DNA from: Antedon mediterranea
Taxonomy: Eukaryota > Animalia > Echinodermata
DNA length: 64,000 nt
Assembly: GCF_964355755.1 (NCBI RefSeq)
Contig: NC_092672.1
Span: 7,936,001-8,000,000 of the forward strand
Reading direction: 5' to 3'
The translations under genes were made by a program, and so were the position numbers. The notes under the pieces are model-generated. The model was given only the letters and a program-made list of their open reading frames with translations, was not told where the DNA came from and did no database searches. Below, piece after piece: positions 12,225 to 24,376 of the stretch. Position 1 is the first letter of the stretch, and each line of letters opens with the position of its first letter.

Positions 12225-14175
12225 AGAGCATATGCGTACTATTTACTTTTACCAAATACAAGTAGAACATTTCCCTTTGGAATCTATATATACATTTACG
12301 TAAGGGAAAAATTCGGTAAATCGCGCCTTACTTCTCGAATTTTACTGTTAGATTATAAACACATAATATACAAATAAACTATATTACAGACAATTGCTTC
12401 TCAACGTTTGTATTAATTAATAAATACATCGTAGTGGTGTATCGTCACATGTACTTTACTATTTTAATCGACTATGACAGTGAAAGTTTTAACAAAGTAT
12501 TAAGTCTATTGTTAAGGATCTGAACAAACTAACGCTCATTTAATGTTAAAAGAGTTACCGGTACCTAATAAATTGTTATGAAAATTATATATATCTTGAA
12601 TGATGTATTTTCTTTTTTTTTTTAAACGTTGTTTTATATCTTTGTATATAATGTCTATAAGATGTATATAAATGGTATGAATTAACAGGGTATGAAACAA
12701 TACGGTATGTATATGTATATATTTAATGTATTTGTGGGTGTCTGTGTACAATGTGAATAAATATAAGAAAACATGAAAACAGGAGGATAATATTGGAAAC
12801 AATATGTGAAAAACTAAAATTTACAAAAATTACTGATATTTTTTTTTTGAGCAGAAAAATATAAAGAAAAATGTAGAATATTAACGGAAAACAATATAAT
12901 TAAAGAAAGAACATATGAAGACAGATATTACTGATTTATTTGTAATGTATTTAATTATGATATGAAAGAATAAAGGTGGTGGTTCACGCCACAAAAGAGA
13001 AAAAAAAAAGTATTAAATCGCAAATGTTTTACTGCATTAAGTTGTATATTATGTATAGGCCTATAAAACATGAACGAAATATTTCGTTGCCGAATGGATA
13101 AAGAATATATTTTAAAATGGTACCTCTTTGTACATTCCCACGACATTAATGTTACATACAAAACACAAATTGGGTTTGTTTAAAATGAGTCCAAAAATAA
13201 AAAATTTCTCTCTCTTTCGGAAGTAATTCCCAGGGTGCTAATTTTAGTTGACTGCATACATCATCGTGTCTATTTATTCGTGTCTGTAAACGACAATAGT
13301 CCTGCGGTACCTACATTTGAAATCGCCATTTTTTTACGCTGAAATTACTGAGGAGAGAACGTCCATCTAGTTATCACAATTAGATATCGCTTTCCCGTTA
13401 GGTAGATACCGAACGGCACGTGATGGAAAAGATAAAAGCACTTGTGTTTAAATAATTGTCAATATTAGATCTCATGATTCGTCATTAAATTTCAAATTAT
13501 GGCTTTTGTAAAGAGTTCGATCATTAGTAAATATTATTTATATTATGTCACACTAACAAGAATAACAATAAAATAACTTGTTCAAACTGTGTGTTATAAA
13601 AATGTGATCATGTGCAGAACTAAAACTGTTCTTACTGTGTAGACTTTTATTTTAATGATTGTTTACGCTTCAATGCACACGTAGTCAAGGCAACAACGCT
13701 CTCTTATTGAACCACCGTCAAATTAATAATAAAGGGTATAAAGGAGCATTATATATCAATCATCCAAATTATGGAACACATTCAAAAATGACAATAAAAC
13801 AAACTGTCTATCTATATATATATATGTCTATATCTGTATGTCTGCATGTCTGTCTGTCTGTCGGTCTGACATGACATGAAGCTTGATTGGTCATAATTCA
13901 TTTCAATAACAATCGAGTCAGTAACAACACTAATTTACCGTTATCTGTTGATTGACATTATTGATTTGGTCGATACGACATATCGATTTACAATCGATAG
14001 AATACTTATATATATACATTGACATTCCTCATTACATCTCATGCTTTATTGAAACATGTATTAAATGTACCTTCAAATGTTATGTCAGAAAATGTTGTGT
14101 CACGGAAAATAAAACCTCACCCCGCTCCTGGTGCCTGTGTTATCATTGGATAGAAACGAGAGTTAATTTGAAAAT

Positions 14176-17100
14176 ATGATTGCGTATGTAATACTGTTGC
14201 TGTTGAAACTGAAATTGTTTGTTATACCATTAACTGGCAGTGGTAAGTACCGTATATGATTTCTTGTTTTAAAACGTACAAAAGCAGAAATAAATGATAT
14301 TTAATACCATCATTTTTCTCTATATTTGAGTAGCTGAGGTTCACACGAATTTGGCTGTAAAGCGAAACTTTATGCCCAGCCGATTATAGGTACTCTATCT
14401 ATTTCCGAAGTATCATTGGAATATTTGGTAATACCACATCTCTAGATGATATGTTTAAAATTGTTATACTTTTGAAAATTAATTCAATTATACAAGACTC
14501 AACCCACCCATTACACACTCATATATTATTATTAGCAGATCAGGAAGGGCTAGACTGACAAAGAAAACAATTTCTACAAACCGCTTCAGATTTCCAACAC
14601 TCATGGCATGCAATTTATTTAATCAAAACTTTAAAAAATAGTAACTTGTATTTGTTTATTTAAAATTTATCACTGTATTATTTTATGATCTACTATGTAC
14701 AAAACATATCTCAAAATTGTAAAATTTTAAGAATAAAGTAGACTTGTATCTTGTAACGACACATGTGTTTCACATGTATAGTAACATAACCCTTAACCTA
14801 TACTTACATTATACAGACACCACATGTGACCACAGACACAACTACCCCCCCCCCCCCCCCCTTATATGGGAAACTTACTAAACTTCTAAATAAGCAAGTT
14901 TATGTACTATTAGTTTCAGTTGAAATTGGCCACGGAAAACCAGCTTACGTCAGCACTTCTTATTCCAACTGGTATCCAAGTAAGATTAATGATGGAAATA
15001 TTAATAGTTGTTCGCATACGGGTAAGTTTGATGCACTTAATACAAACAGCCATTTAAATCATTTGTTTGACAACCACGTCCTACGCCAAAGCAGGATTTG
15101 GTCAGCATTATTGACAGAAAGACGACACCAGTAAAAAAGGTTAAATACAAATCCGAGAAATGCCCTGTAGGTCAACCAAAAAATGTCAATAATAACGAAA
15201 ATGAAGATTATAACGACAATGGAGATAATAACGACAATGAAGATAATGACGAAAATGAAGATAATAACAAAAATGAAGATAATAATGACAATGAAGATAA
15301 CAATGACAATGAGGATAACAATGACAATGAAGATAACAATGACAATGAAGATAATAACGACAATGAAGATAATAACGACAACAAAGATAATAACGACAAT
15401 GGTGGTAATGACGACAATGAAGATAATAACAACAATGAAGATAATAATGACAATGAAGGTAATAACGACAATGGTGGTAATGACGACAATGAAGATAATA
15501 ACAACAATGAAGATAATAATGACAATGAAGATAATAATGACAATGAAGATAATAATGACAATGGAGATAATGACGACAATGAAGATAATAATGACAATGA
15601 AGATATTAACGAAAATGAAGATAATAACGAAAATTAAGATAATAATGACAATGAAGATAATAATGACAATGAAGATAATAACAAAAATGTAGATAATGAC
15701 GACATTTGTATGTATTTTTTATGATGATTTTCCAAATAAATTCAAATCAAATCAAATGAATGAAGATAATAACGACAATGGAGATAATGACGACAATGGA
15801 GATAATGACGACACTGAAGATAATGACGACAATGGAGATAATGACGACAATGAAGATAACAATGACAACGACGATAATAACGAAAGTGAAGATAATAACG
15901 ACAATGGAGATAATAACGATAATAAAGATAATAACGACAATGGAGATAATAACGACAATAAAGATAATAACGACAATGGAGATTCTAACGACAATAAAGA
16001 TAATGCCGACAGTGAAGATAATAACGACAATAAAGATAATAATGACAATGGAAATGGATGGATGAAGATGGATGGATAATAACGACAATGGACATACTAA
16101 TGGCAATGAAGATAATAACCACAAAGAAATAATGCCGGCAATGAAGATAATGAGGGCAATGGAGATAATAATAACGACAATGAAGATAATAACGACAATT
16201 AAGATAATGACGACAATGGAGATAATAACGACAATGGAGATTCTAACGACAATTAAGATAATGACGAAAATGAAGATAATAACGAAAATGAAGATAATAA
16301 CGACAATTAATATAATAACAACAATTAATATAATGACGACAATGGAGATAATAACGACAATGAAGATAATAACAATTAAGATAATGACGACAAAAATACA
16401 GATAATAACCACAATTAAGATAATAACCACAATGAAGATAATAACGACAATGGAGATAATAACGACAATGAAGATAATAATGACTATTATGATATATAAC
16501 AATAGACAATTACGTTGATTACTCATTTAAAAATATGCTTATGTTTACATTGATATTTATTAAGGATCGCAGATATCACCTTATATATACATCGATCTTG
16601 AAGGAATGTATTATATAGAACGAGTGGAAATAACAAACCGAGGAGACTGTAAGTACTAGAGAGTTAAGAATCTTAATATTCAAGTTTTATTGACCTGAAT
16701 TTAAATAGTGCTGCTGTATCTCCACGTGACAACATCTTGCCAGTAGCATAGAAATATTCGGTAATACTTTTTGTATCACGTGTGCCTGTATTATGTCAGG
16801 TTAAGTTAAAGGAGTTTCAGTGCAAAAAGTAATTACTACTACTTTTTATTATGCGAATTTTCGCTAAATGTAAAGTATATATATAATATTTGTAATGATA
16901 ATATATTTTTTATGTTATTTGATTGGAATATGAATCCTATATAACGAAAACTTCTGTATAGTCTTATTGAGTATTACTTCAATAGGTTGTCAAAACCGGG
17001 CAATTGACGGTGTTGTTAGAATCGGTATGTCTGACGACGTATTATCAAATACAGCTTGCGGAGAACCTATAACGCAAAGTGAGGTTAATGCTGATTTACT

Positions 17101-18749
17101 TCTGGTCAGGGAATGCAGACAATCAGTTTTAGCAAGATACGTTAGTGTTTCGATAGAAAACAATAACGGTTGGGCACTAAATTTGTGTGAAATAAAAGTT
17201 TTCAGTGAAGGTAAATACTATCCAAATAGATCACATGCCGTAGGCCCAAATATATTAATACGAACAATGGCCGTTATACCGCGTTTGTGTCTGTGGTAAT
17301 TACTGAGATTTCACTCTTATTGCCTAAAATGGTCTCTTCTTGGATAGAGCCATGTGACTTTCAACTATAAGTATTAACTTACGCAGCGCTATAATCGACA
17401 CACATGCGTAGTATGTCCCGAAGTCACGTTTACTGTTGCTTGTACTCATTTATTACATGTTATTGATCGATGTATTATACATAACTATCGATGGTAACAT
17501 TTATGTAGTTTCAAATTGATTGTGTTTAATGTATTGTCAAATGGAAATGCATAACTAATTTATTTACGTGTTTTTTCTTTATCGAAAACTTTAGTCGCGC
17601 TATACAACAACCGTTGCTATAAAGTATCTGATACTCCAAAAACCTGGAGCGATGCCAAAGCAGCATGTGAAAGTCAATTCTCAACGCTTCTGACCATCAA
17701 CACAGATGACGAGAGAACTCATTTGACTAGCTTGATGCCATCCTTTAGCTCCTTCTGGACAGGTCTCAATGACATCGGACAAGAAGGTAATCCGGAATGG
17801 TTGACCAGTGACACTCCGACTTACATGAACTATGACATAGCAGAAAGTGGAGATGAGTCTGACGACATGGACTGCTTCAGAATTGCCGCCAATGATGGAT
17901 CTTTACGCCACGCATATTGTAACTCAGAAATGCAATATATATGTGAAAGTAAGATATGTTTTTGATAGTATGCCGTAATAAAGTAGGCCTACAACATGCT
18001 CTGAATACACGTTTCCTTCTTGGTATTTGATATAAATTTGCAGACATTACCACCCTGACATTACCAATACTAAACTTGGTTCCCAGAACGAATTCAAGGA
18101 CGTTAGCGCGCCGAAATCGATCACAACTGACAGTTCGGATCATGCGTCTTGATTGGTCAAATTACGGTGGGTTACGTGCTTGCGAAGGGGTGGCGTAAGT
18201 AATTTAACCAATCACAAGCGATGGATTATCAGTCGCTTTTACAGTCTTGCTTTTAGTCGTTTTACGTGACGATCCATCTCAAGTTAGGAAACGCCATGTG
18301 TGCCAAAATGTTTTTCTTTTTATTTAAGCCGATTGCCGTCTTGAACATCTACATAAAGTGGTGTCGGAAAGATAGAAGCTAATGCATAATATACTAGGAG
18401 CAATATGTGTTCGTAATGAACCCTCATTGTGCGAATTTGGTCCAACATAATGGTGTTTATTTTGTCTTTTATAGAAAAAACCATTGCTTACAAAATATAT
18501 GAATTCACTGCACAAAATAAATCTCCGACATCAGAGTACGTGTTAAGAAGCATGTTCGCTACAACTCCTGGAACATGTTCACTTGAATGTGGAAATGTAG
18601 ACGCGTGTAGTTCGTTTTCCTTCAATATAGGGACAAAAGAGTGTACTATTTGTACCAGCACAGGTCAAGATGGAGAGCTAACTGATGCTGAAAATGTTGA
18701 TGTTTACACTGTTACCTTTTCAGAAGCAATGTGCACTAAATTTAACTGA
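14176..18749 (+). CDS. Secreted multidomain lectin copy 3: signal peptide + F-type lectin + CTLD + PAN (~368 aa)
   Basis: Exons 14176-14242, 14920-15021, 16565-16648, 16986-17210, 17595-17948, 18475-18749, all phase 1, open frame. Signal MIAYVILLLLKLKLFVIPLTGS. Motif CSHT...NRGDCCQNR with H-x26-R spacing. Confidence 0.9.
15185..16500. repeat. 18-bp minisatellite (aatgaagataataacgac)n in intron 2 of lectin copy 3
   Basis: About 1.3 kb of tandem units with short interruptions near 15700-15760 and 16050-16150. It generates many spurious low-complexity ORFs. Confidence 0.95.
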
Positions 18750-19454
18750 ATGCTATCTTCTTTTTTAACACCCCTATTCAAGAGTCACACCTATTCAGGT
18801 GAAACGAACGAGGGACAACCAACTCCTCCGAAATGTAATATAATGTATTGAGACACTTTGTTGGGACCCGAAGGTCTCCTTTTAATATACCTTTTTAAAT
18901 ACTTGTAAATAATGGTATGTTTAGTGTGTTTAAGCTGAAAGAACAAACTTCAACAATTATTTTGGTCAATTGTTTTTGATAATAAGAAATAATGATAAAC
19001 CTTACGTTAAACATTGGTCCCTACATAATGATTATAAATATTAATACATTCCGCCATGATTTTGGTAAAATGTTGCAGTGTTACGAAGTCAGAGAGAGAA
19101 TGGCAAATTGCTACCGAACACGTTCGGACATTTTGGCTATAATTATTGTCGTGCCAGTTGACTTGCGCATGCACATATCATAACATGACGTCGTGGATAT
19201 CAGTCGACATAATGAACGTGCGCATTTTTTTTTATTAAACTACCACACACAAAGAGAGCAATGTATTACTCGACATCATAGGATATATTTGTCTAAAAAA
19301 AACAAACATTGTATTTAGTAGTTTAATAATATAATTCCAAACTAGATTTCAAGTACGTAATCATGAATGGTTTAACGTAAAGAATTATATACAGATAGAT
19401 TTGAAGTGATGATCATTGTAATATCGTTGCAGAATAGTATATTAGCACCACTAC

Positions 19455-19570
19455 ATGTTCAGTAGAATTAGTGATTCTTTTAGTATGTATAGAATGTCCT
19501 GCTGCAACCGCTAGCAGTGCCAACATTATTTCAATTACGGGACCGGAAAGGATAACTCCGTTTTAGGTGT
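19455..19570. repeat. Dispersed repeat with an inverted copy at 34268-34399
   Basis: atgttcagtagaattagtga..ccaacattatttcaattacgggaccggaa..taactccgttttaggtgt matches the reverse complement of 34268-34399. Confidence 0.8.
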
Positions 19571-19661
19571 TTAAATAAAGTGTCTTATTGGGAGTATAAT
19601 TGCTATGTATTCCGAATGGATGTCCAGTGACAGTGTATATTGTTTATTCTAAATCACATTA

Positions 19662-22600
19662 TAGTGTAGGCTGGTACGTCGTTTATATGAATGTCGTGTA
19701 TATTTTTTGTTAAAAGCAAACTTTGACTTTATTTCATATCTTGATAATATAAGGAATGAAAAAAAATATGTTGCCATTTTTTCAAAAGACCTCTAAAGGA
19801 CCAAATTCAAGATGGCCGCCAACATTCAAATAACCCTATTAAAAATCAGAATATCACCAATAATACAAATTATGAATGTGGAACAAGTCCGTTTTGATGG
19901 TATTACTGTACCCATTATACAATCCTAACTATGTAAAGCGATAATCTGTCGGCCATCTTGGATTTCAAAATGGCCGCCACTAAAAATTAAATTCTTTAAA
20001 TAATATTTTTTAAATGTGTGCATAAATTGTTGTTTGTACACAATGTTCTAAAATTGTTGTCACTTCTCACAGGATTGTAAACTGTAAATATAAGGCTAAA
20101 GTTGTCAATGTCCTGTATAACAGATATATAATACCCCACTATGACTATTAAATTAAATAATCGTTCAAAGTTGAAGTTGCAAAAGTATGGAACAAATTAA
20201 CAATTTATATCAAATATTCAACATCAATTACGTCTAACTAGAGGGTTAGACCTCTAGTTCGCTCGCTCCCCTCTAGGAAGTGTAAACGAAGGTTCTCGGA
20301 AGGATAATGACTCCGGTAAAAATGTTTTAGAAGGACGTTCTCCTTGTACGTTTTCTGTCGGTTACCATTATTGAAAATGCTTGACATTCGAAAAACTAAA
20401 CCTACTCTGTTTCACAGTGTCTTAGATGATTAATAACATTTTAAAGTATAGTGTTTATTGTTTAATAGGGCGGAGGTGGGGAGGCAGAGTTCATTTGAGG
20501 GAGAAGCTTATTCGAGGAATTTTTTAGTTTTAATAATATCGTAACATTTATAATCAAATAAAATCCTCTAATAGATATGAAAAGTGGTAAAAAATTATAA
20601 CAAATGCTTGGTAAATTATAGTTAACAGTGTAATGAATTCTATTATAAATAGTATATACAATATTGTGTGTATAATTAATGTAGATGGGCGTTTATTAGA
20701 TAGTTGGGTAGGTGGGGGGGGGGGGGGGTGTAGGCGATTATTATTCAAAGTGATGTTTTATTGGGAGGCGTTTATTCAAATAAATACCATCATAATACAT
20801 TATTTCATTTAAACATCTTTTAAAACTAACTTCCGCGACAGTGTAGGCCGTTTCGGCCCAAGAAGGAAGATGTTTTTAGACTGCTTGCAATATGGGCCCT
20901 AATGGGACACAGATAGCCTACAGTTATTCCTGCCAGCTTACTCAATAAAACTTGGCTATCGGGATTTTATTTTTTAACTACTGTACCTTCACACGCGCGG
21001 TCCGATCCGAAAATAAACAAAAAACTAAAATAGCTATAGCCACTAACGACCAACTTAACTGAAACCAGGTAGTTGCAAGGTGAACCTGTGAACTCATCGT
21101 GAACCTGGAAATTACTTTGACCGCGTACAATTGAAATTGAGTTGAAAATCTACCGATGAATCAGAAATTTTGTTTAAAAACTCTTTATAATATATTCCTA
21201 AGATAGAAATATGGAACAATATCGTAATGGTGAAACTGTTTTACATTTCGCGGTACACCTGAGATAATTCAGGTAGGTATCCAAGGCAGAAATTTGTTCC
21301 AAAGTTTTTCCATTGTGCTCGCCTATGTCAGAATTAACCATAATTTATATATAGATTCTAAATTACAGATCTCATTTCTTTTCATGAACCTGAAACTTGA
21401 CAGGAGACAGGACCACAATATACAACAAGTGCATTTATAACTTATTGTGAAATCCTGTATAAATATGTTAAATAATAAATGCGTTATTGCTATGTAATTC
21501 AATGTCTGAACCTTCAGGGCCATAGTCACCAGTATGGTTGGTAAGTTTTCAACCTGTCAACTTTTGGCAGAAGCTTGAAGGAAATACAGATACACCTCTG
21601 CCTATAAATAACCTTGTAAATGAATGAACTCCTACTTCTCATCTTCTACAATCTCAACCAATTTCATTAGATATGTACCCCCTACAGACAGACCAGCATT
21701 ATACACTGGGTTGATGAGTGCACATGGTTGTGGTATAAAAACTCATGTACTAGGGAAAGACAAGAATGCCTGGTGATGACTCTTGCCCAAGATGAGTGGA
21801 GGTGGACAGAGATGACATCAAAAAGCAATTAGTATGTCGACCCGGTGAACTATATGGCTTTTGGACATGTAGCATTGTGAGAATAGTGTTGAGGCAGGTG
21901 CTTTTGTTGAAACTGAACTTGTATTACCTATACAACCAGTGACACAAATCGGGACACAAATATCTTAAATGGAAAACATCTGTAAAGGACAAAACCACAC
22001 TAATTCTGCTTTCTCTCTACAACTTGCTTCTACAAATGCAGACGGAGAAAGAGATTCTAAGTTAAGTATGTATATGAGAGGACATGTATGTGTGGGACTT
22101 GCTGGATTTACACCAATTGATCAGGGTCATTGAGCATGGTATCATTGGAATAACACAAATTAATGATTTCATCAGAGCTGGCAAATCTAGTTAACATTTA
22201 AAGAGAGATGATATCCCGGTTAATGAAGAATGCTGCAATTCGCACAAAGGTGTGTGTTGGCCATGGCATGATGAAATTGGACAGAAAATGTTTGAGGCAT
22301 TGGTAAAAGTCTTGTAGAAGGCAAACTGTCTATATGGGATCCTAAGAAAAAGACGAATATTGGCAAAAAAATATATATGACGGTGAATACAGGTGACAAA
22401 CTTATCAAAGTAAAAGAAGACTCCTATAGAGATTATTTGCCGGTGAAATGAGGTCTTTCAGTTATTTTGCCAATTTGTTTCTGAACAAGGTTGTTGGGAA
22501 CGGAGATCAGTCTGTGGAAGTTTGATGGATACAGTAGTAGAGAACGAAGGAAGGTCAACTTACTGTATCGCATTCAAGATTAGAAATATTTCATTGAAGG

Positions 22601-23198
22601 ACTTTGGCGGAGTTAGTTGTCATTTAACTGAAGAAGTTTATGAGATGTTTTAATATGAAGAAGTATACAGTCAGTACTATAGACCTCCTGATGGTCAACA
22701 TTTTGTGTTAATCACCATGTTGTTGTCATAAGCATATCATTTTGTATATTTCAATCTAATTTTATTTAACAAGTTTTAATAAGAAATTTAACCCATTTAA
22801 AAAAAAAATGTTGTTTTATTTGATTTTATGTGATTTCAATCAACGTCATAACTTGCACATGTTTTAATAAGAAATTTAATCCATTTTTAAAAAATGGCGG
22901 CCATTTTGAAATTCAAAATGTCAGAATACTAATGAATATAGGTTTATAATAATTCTTATATAGCAGAGAACCCATATGAACTTAAAATATTATTCATAAT
23001 GGGTGTTACTTTGTCCAATATGGTACATTTATTGGATATTTTACGTATTGGCGGCCATCTTGGATTTGACACCCTTAAGCTTTTTTAAAAAAATGGCAAC
23101 ATATTTTTTTCATTACTTTACATCCTAAAGACACTAAATCAGCTGGAATTTTGCTTTTAACAAAAAAATGACACGAAATTACATAGTGGCCTACACTA
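19662..23198 (+). mobile_element. Decayed Academ-like DNA transposon (~3.5 kb)
   Basis: Termini tagtgtaggc / gcctacacta. Long imperfect TIRs (ttttttgttaaaagcaaa..aaaaaaatatgttgccattttt..caagatggccgccaa mirrored at the right end) and TTA duplication. Degenerate coding traces at ~21600-21950 (PPTDRPAL, DEWRW, GRCFC) resemble an Academ transposase C-terminus. Confidence 0.65.
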
Positions 23199-23303
23199 TT
23201 ATGGACTACTCGCTTGAACACAAGGATTAAATGTATTCCATTTTAAAATAGAATTCCACATGAGTACGCTATTATGTAGTACTATATAATTAGTAAGGAA
23301 GAA

Positions 23304-23449
23304 TTTTTTTTTATTATTTTTTTTATTTATTCGACTTCTCACTAACACAGTTAGTGAAGGATCTGGACCAACAGGTGGTAAACACCTCTAAAACGGTCCA
23401 GTCCCAATTTGCACAGTGGCTGTGTGTGACAGTGGCTGTGTTTGTGTGA
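23304..23449 (-). mobile_element. Retroposon (LINE/SINE) 3' fragment, with a second copy at 32547-32679
   Basis: Two closely similar copies. On the minus strand each ends in a stem-loop (cttcactaac..gttagtgagaag) followed by an aataaa/A-rich tail. Confidence 0.6.
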
Positions 23450-24376
23450 AGAATATATTACCATTAACTTCAGGCGCAATTATTAAAATATAGAGATTTA
23501 TGCTTATCACTTAAGTTTAGTACAATAAAGGTTCAGATGGAGTTATTCGAGACGATCAACTTCACGTTAGGATATAAAAAAGAATGTAATTGGTTTTGAT
23601 GGAGTTTATTTGCGACGAAACAGTCGATTACCAACATTACGAAATCACAGGACGATAGGCCAACAGTGAATAATAAAACCATTCGAACTGTTAATCAATT
23701 TTAGAAGAAGTCGACGTCGCATTATTGCCAAGGTTTATTCAGTGGTTGCCGAAACGCACAACTTATATAATAATGCAGTGCGAGTGCTATGTCCGATTTT
23801 AGAGTGGCATCATTTAAATGTTCTGAGCCGCAGGAGTGAGTGAGTGAGTAGTTTCTCACACCAAGGTTTTAATCTAACAACAGAATGCTGCTCGCCTTGC
23901 CAAGATAGGAACTCGTGTTACGCGATAAAAAATGACGATCCATCGCGTCGTGATTGGTCAATCACTTGCGTTGCGTCCTAATAGGACCGACCCAAGGTTG
24001 ATATCTATATCTGACAACATAAGGGTGGAACTGAACAAGTAGGCCTACATTAAAGCTAACATAGAAAATAAAATATTGAGAACATACATTAAAATATTAA
24101 AAGATGACAATGACAAGAGTATGAGTATTTATGCGCATGCTCGACTCTCATTGTAAAGTTTAATATAATAAACTCTTTGTATAAAACCCCACCATGAATA
24201 TTTATATGTTGCTTTATTTTATACAAATTTACTTCGTATTTAAACTCACTCGTACGCGTTAGTTGACCAGAAACAGACTTTGCAGAGCAAGTCTGTGTTT
24301 TTGAAATTCGGTTGCAGAATTTGAATCTATCACAAATTGCTTGTTGTTGTGCTGTTTAGACAAATGATTGTACAAG

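Noticed and set aside
15098-16526. Overlapping ORFs (NEDNND, MKIITT, LSSLSL, IVVIIF repeats) as real proteins
   Set aside because: They are artefacts of an 18-bp minisatellite inside an intron whose flanking exons splice in frame without it.
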